Assembly (NCBI GenBank): GCA_937770335.1
Contig: CALJHY010000005.1
Coordinates: forward strand, 219,221-283,220
Source of the DNA: an uncultured Glaciecola sp.
Lineage (GTDB): Bacteria > Pseudomonadota > Gammaproteobacteria > Enterobacterales > Alteromonadaceae
Direction of reading: 5' to 3'
Length of the DNA: 64,000 nucleotides
This document shows positions 62,089 through 64,000 of the stretch, piece by piece. Below the pieces are notes generated by a model. That model ran no database searches. It was not told where the DNA came from and saw only the letters and a program-made list of their open reading frames with translations. The position numbers were made by a program, and so were the translations under genes. Position 1 is the stretch's first letter; every line of letters starts with the position of its first letter.

Positions 62089-63330
62089 ATGCCCCACAAT
62101 AAATTGAAAACTATTTTTGCATCCTCTACCGACCTCTCATCCGGCTACTCACTCCGAGATGCATTCAATTTTAAGTCTGTCAGTGGAGGGGTAACTGCTG
62201 CGCTATTCGGCTGTTCTGGGCCGGCGTTGATAATCATTAGCGCAGCCAAAGCGGGCCATTTGAGTGATGGCCAGACGGTTTCCTGGCTATTTGCCATTTA
62301 CGTGCTTAGTGGACTGATCAGCATAGGCATGGCGCTCCGTTACCGTCAGCCAATCTGCGGCGCTTTTTCGATAACTGGGGCGGTTATCATGGTCACGGCG
62401 CTCGACGGGCTGGACTTCCGTGCGGCGGTCGGTGCTTTCATCATGAGCGGTGTGTTGGTCTTGTTGCTCGGCTTGAGCGGGGTGGTTAACAAGCTGATGC
62501 GCTGGATGCCGATGCCTATCGTTATGGCAATGATCGTCGGGGCGATGATTCGATTTGCTGTCAGCGCCGTAGAAGCAGTCGACAGCTTTCCTCTAATGGC
62601 CGGTCTGGCTGCGCTGACCTACTTTATATTCATGCGTTTTTTCAAAGCCGTGCCGCCGGTGCTGGCAGCCGGAGTGGTGGGGTTCGCCGTGGCATTGGCT
62701 TTGGGACTACTGAATCCGACGGATGTGGATATTGCCTTCGTTATGCCAGCTTTTACCACTCCTATGTTCACCTTTGCCACTTTCTTCGCTATATCGGTAC
62801 CGCTGGCAGCGCTGATAATCGGTGCTGACAATGCCCAGGCCACCGGCGTTTTGATGGTCGAGGGTTATAAGCCACCGGTCAATGCGATGACGGTTGTGTG
62901 CGGTTTGGGTGGTATTTTTTCTGGGATTTTAGGTGGGCATAGCATCATTATCGCCGGACCGATGACGGCGATTTGCGGTTCTGCGCAGTCCGGAGACGAT
63001 CCACGTCAACGATACGGGGCGGCTTTGGTGAATGGAGTGCTGTTTACCCTATTCGGTGTTTTTGCCGGCCTCGCCGTACCATTCCTCCTCGCCTTGCCGC
63101 GCGAGTTGATCATGGTAATTGCTGGACTAGCGATGATCGGAGTTTTGCTTAGCGCACTGCAGCAGGCGTTTCGCAAAGAAACTGGCTTCCAGATTGGTGC
63201 ATTCGTCGCCTTAGTCGTAGCTATGAGCAAATTCAGCCTGTTCGGTATTAGCGCACCGTTTTGGGCGCTGGTGATCGGCATAGCACTTGCTTGGTTGCTC
63301 GGCGAGTTCCGCCGTGAGCATGCTGACTAG
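62089..63330 (+). CDS. benE: Benzoate/H+ symporter BenE family membrane transporter (GC-rich relative to surroundings)
   Basis: 413-aa polytopic protein. The N-terminal region reads SGGVTAALFGCSGPALIIISAAKAGHLSDGQTVSWLFAIYVLSGLISIGMALRYRQPICGAFS, which resembles BenE/YdcO. Confidence 0.7.
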   Translation: MPHNKLKTIFASSTDLSSGYSLRDAFNFKSVSGGVTAALFGCSGPALIIISAAKAGHLSDGQTVSWLFAIYVLSGLISIGMALRYRQPICGAFSITGAVIMVTALDGLDFRAAVGAFIMSGVLVLLLGLSGVVNKLMRWMPMPIVMAMIVGAMIRFAVSAVEAVDSFPLMAGLAALTYFIFMRFFKAVPPVLAAGVVGFAVALALGLLNPTDVDIAFVMPAFTTPMFTFATFFAISVPLAALIIGADNAQATGVLMVEGYKPPVNAMTVVCGLGGIFSGILGGHSIIIAGPMTAICGSAQSGDDPRQRYGAALVNGVLFTLFGVFAGLAVPFLLALPRELIMVIAGLAMIGVLLSALQQAFRKETGFQIGAFVALVVAMSKFSLFGISAPFWALVIGIALAWLLGEFRREHAD

Positions 63331-63454
63331 AGGCGATTTACTACTGGCCTGCACTGACAAACCGCACATTTTCAAAGGCGTTATCCAACCGGATTTTCCA
63401 AATTCGTAGCTTAATCAAACTGCACATCAATAAGGGTAAACTACCCTAGATGAT

Positions 63455-63595
63455 TGATTATACCAGTATGTTGCTCTGGCTACATAATTTGCCTTATTAA
63501 GGGCGGTTGTGGAATGAATCATTTTTCAACCGTTTTAATTAGATTTAGCTTTCCAGCTACTACCCAAAAAACTTTAATTACCATAGTTTTATCAT
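63455..63595 (-). pseudogene. Decayed 5' remnant of a second copy of the LysR (catR-like) gene
   Basis: The reverse strand from the ATG at 63595 reads atgataaaactatggtaattaaag... It aligns with codons 1 to about 45 of the intact LysR gene at 56395, roughly 70% identical by eye. It carries stops at codon 6 (TAA) and later (TAG, TAG) plus 1-nt indels. Confidence 0.75.
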
Positions 63596-63608
63596 ACCTC
63601 CAAGGTAT
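63594..63608. promoter_or_regulatory. LysR-type operator ATAC-N7-GTAT, copy B (upstream of intact catB)
   Basis: ATACCTCCAAGGTAT begins 101 nt upstream of the catB ATG. The motif and spacing are the same as in copy A. Confidence 0.6.
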
Positions 63609-63694
63609 CGCTGCCGACTAATTCGATATTGGTTATTGAAGTAAATAATCATTAAGTTAAGGGGACGTTAACTATATGGTAACAGTTATTTAAC

Positions 63695-64000
63695 ATGATA
63701 AAGATTGAAAAAATCAGCACCTTTATTATTGATATACCGACAATTCGACCTCACAAATTATCAATGACGTCAATGGCAATACAATCTATGGTGATTGTGC
63801 GGATCCGTGATTCACAAGGTTTAGAAGGCATCGGTGAAGGCACCACAATTGGCGGTTTGGCATACGGCCCAGAAAGCCCAGAAAGTATTAAAACCAATCT
63901 TGATACTTATTTTATCCCACTACTTTGTAATAAACCCCTGGACAGTATAAAAGAACTAATGAACATGCTGAACAGGTCCATTCGCGGTAATTTTATTGCA
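63695..64000 (+). CDS. catB: Muconate cycloisomerase (mandelate racemase/MLE family), 5' part; runs off the right edge
   Basis: MIKIEKISTFIIDIPTIRPHKLSMTSMAIQSMVIVRIRDSQGLEGIGEGTTIGGLAYGPESPESIK... is a typical CatB N-terminus. Confidence 0.8.
   Translation, partial: MIKIEKISTFIIDIPTIRPHKLSMTSMAIQSMVIVRIRDSQGLEGIGEGTTIGGLAYGPESPESIKTNLDTYFIPLLCNKPLDSIKELMNMLNRSIRGNFIA

Overview
Origin-proximal chromosome segment of a roughly 40% GC marine-type gammaproteobacterium. The gene order resembles Vibrio/Alteromonadales, but no taxon can be assigned without a database search.

Layout:
- 1-23.5 kb is the conserved origin neighbourhood. It holds dnaN(partial)-dnaA on the minus strand, then rpmH-rnpA-yidD-yidC, yajQ, mnmE, mioC and an overlapping dnaT/dnaC-like pair. 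A 1.56-kb non-coding gap follows and contains oriC (DnaA boxes, GATC cluster, AT-rich unwinding region). Then come mnmG-rsmG-parA-parB and a complete atpIBEFHAGDC operon.
- 23.5-29.4 kb holds a decayed non-coding stretch with a parS-like palindrome, a secreted hypothetical protein, and two tandem alkaline-phosphatase paralogs. These sit behind an 11-bp-phased Pho-box array.
- 29.4-34.3 kb is an integron-type gene-cassette array. It has at least eight co-oriented attC sites, and no integrase gene is present in the window.
- 34.4-38.1 kb holds fadH, a crotonase-family gene and a TetR regulator.
- 38.1-44.8 kb is a one-directional run of small orphan membrane, lipoprotein and unknown ORFs, followed by ApbE and a second TetR regulator.
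- 45.1-46.6 kb holds nested, broken IS fragments.
- 46.9-56.0 kb is a minus-strand locus. It encodes a TonB-dependent receptor, an unknown 404-aa membrane protein, an AraC regulator, an aldehyde dehydrogenase, a Tat-exported GMC oxidoreductase and an outer-membrane channel.
- 56.1-64.0 kb is a beta-ketoadipate block: LysR, IclR, pcaIJFD, benE and the start of catB.

The most unusual directly visible structures:
1. The integrase-less attC array. Three of its VCR-like attC sites are preceded by a conserved leader module.
2. An inverted, reciprocally decayed duplication of the LysR-catB divergent control region. It brackets the pca/benE block and points one copy of the operator/promoter at the TonB-receptor locus.
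3. A dnaT/dnaC-type loader pair wedged between mioC and oriC.

No rRNA, tRNA or CRISPR array was seen. All protein calls rest on remembered family motifs and gene context. No similarity search was run.
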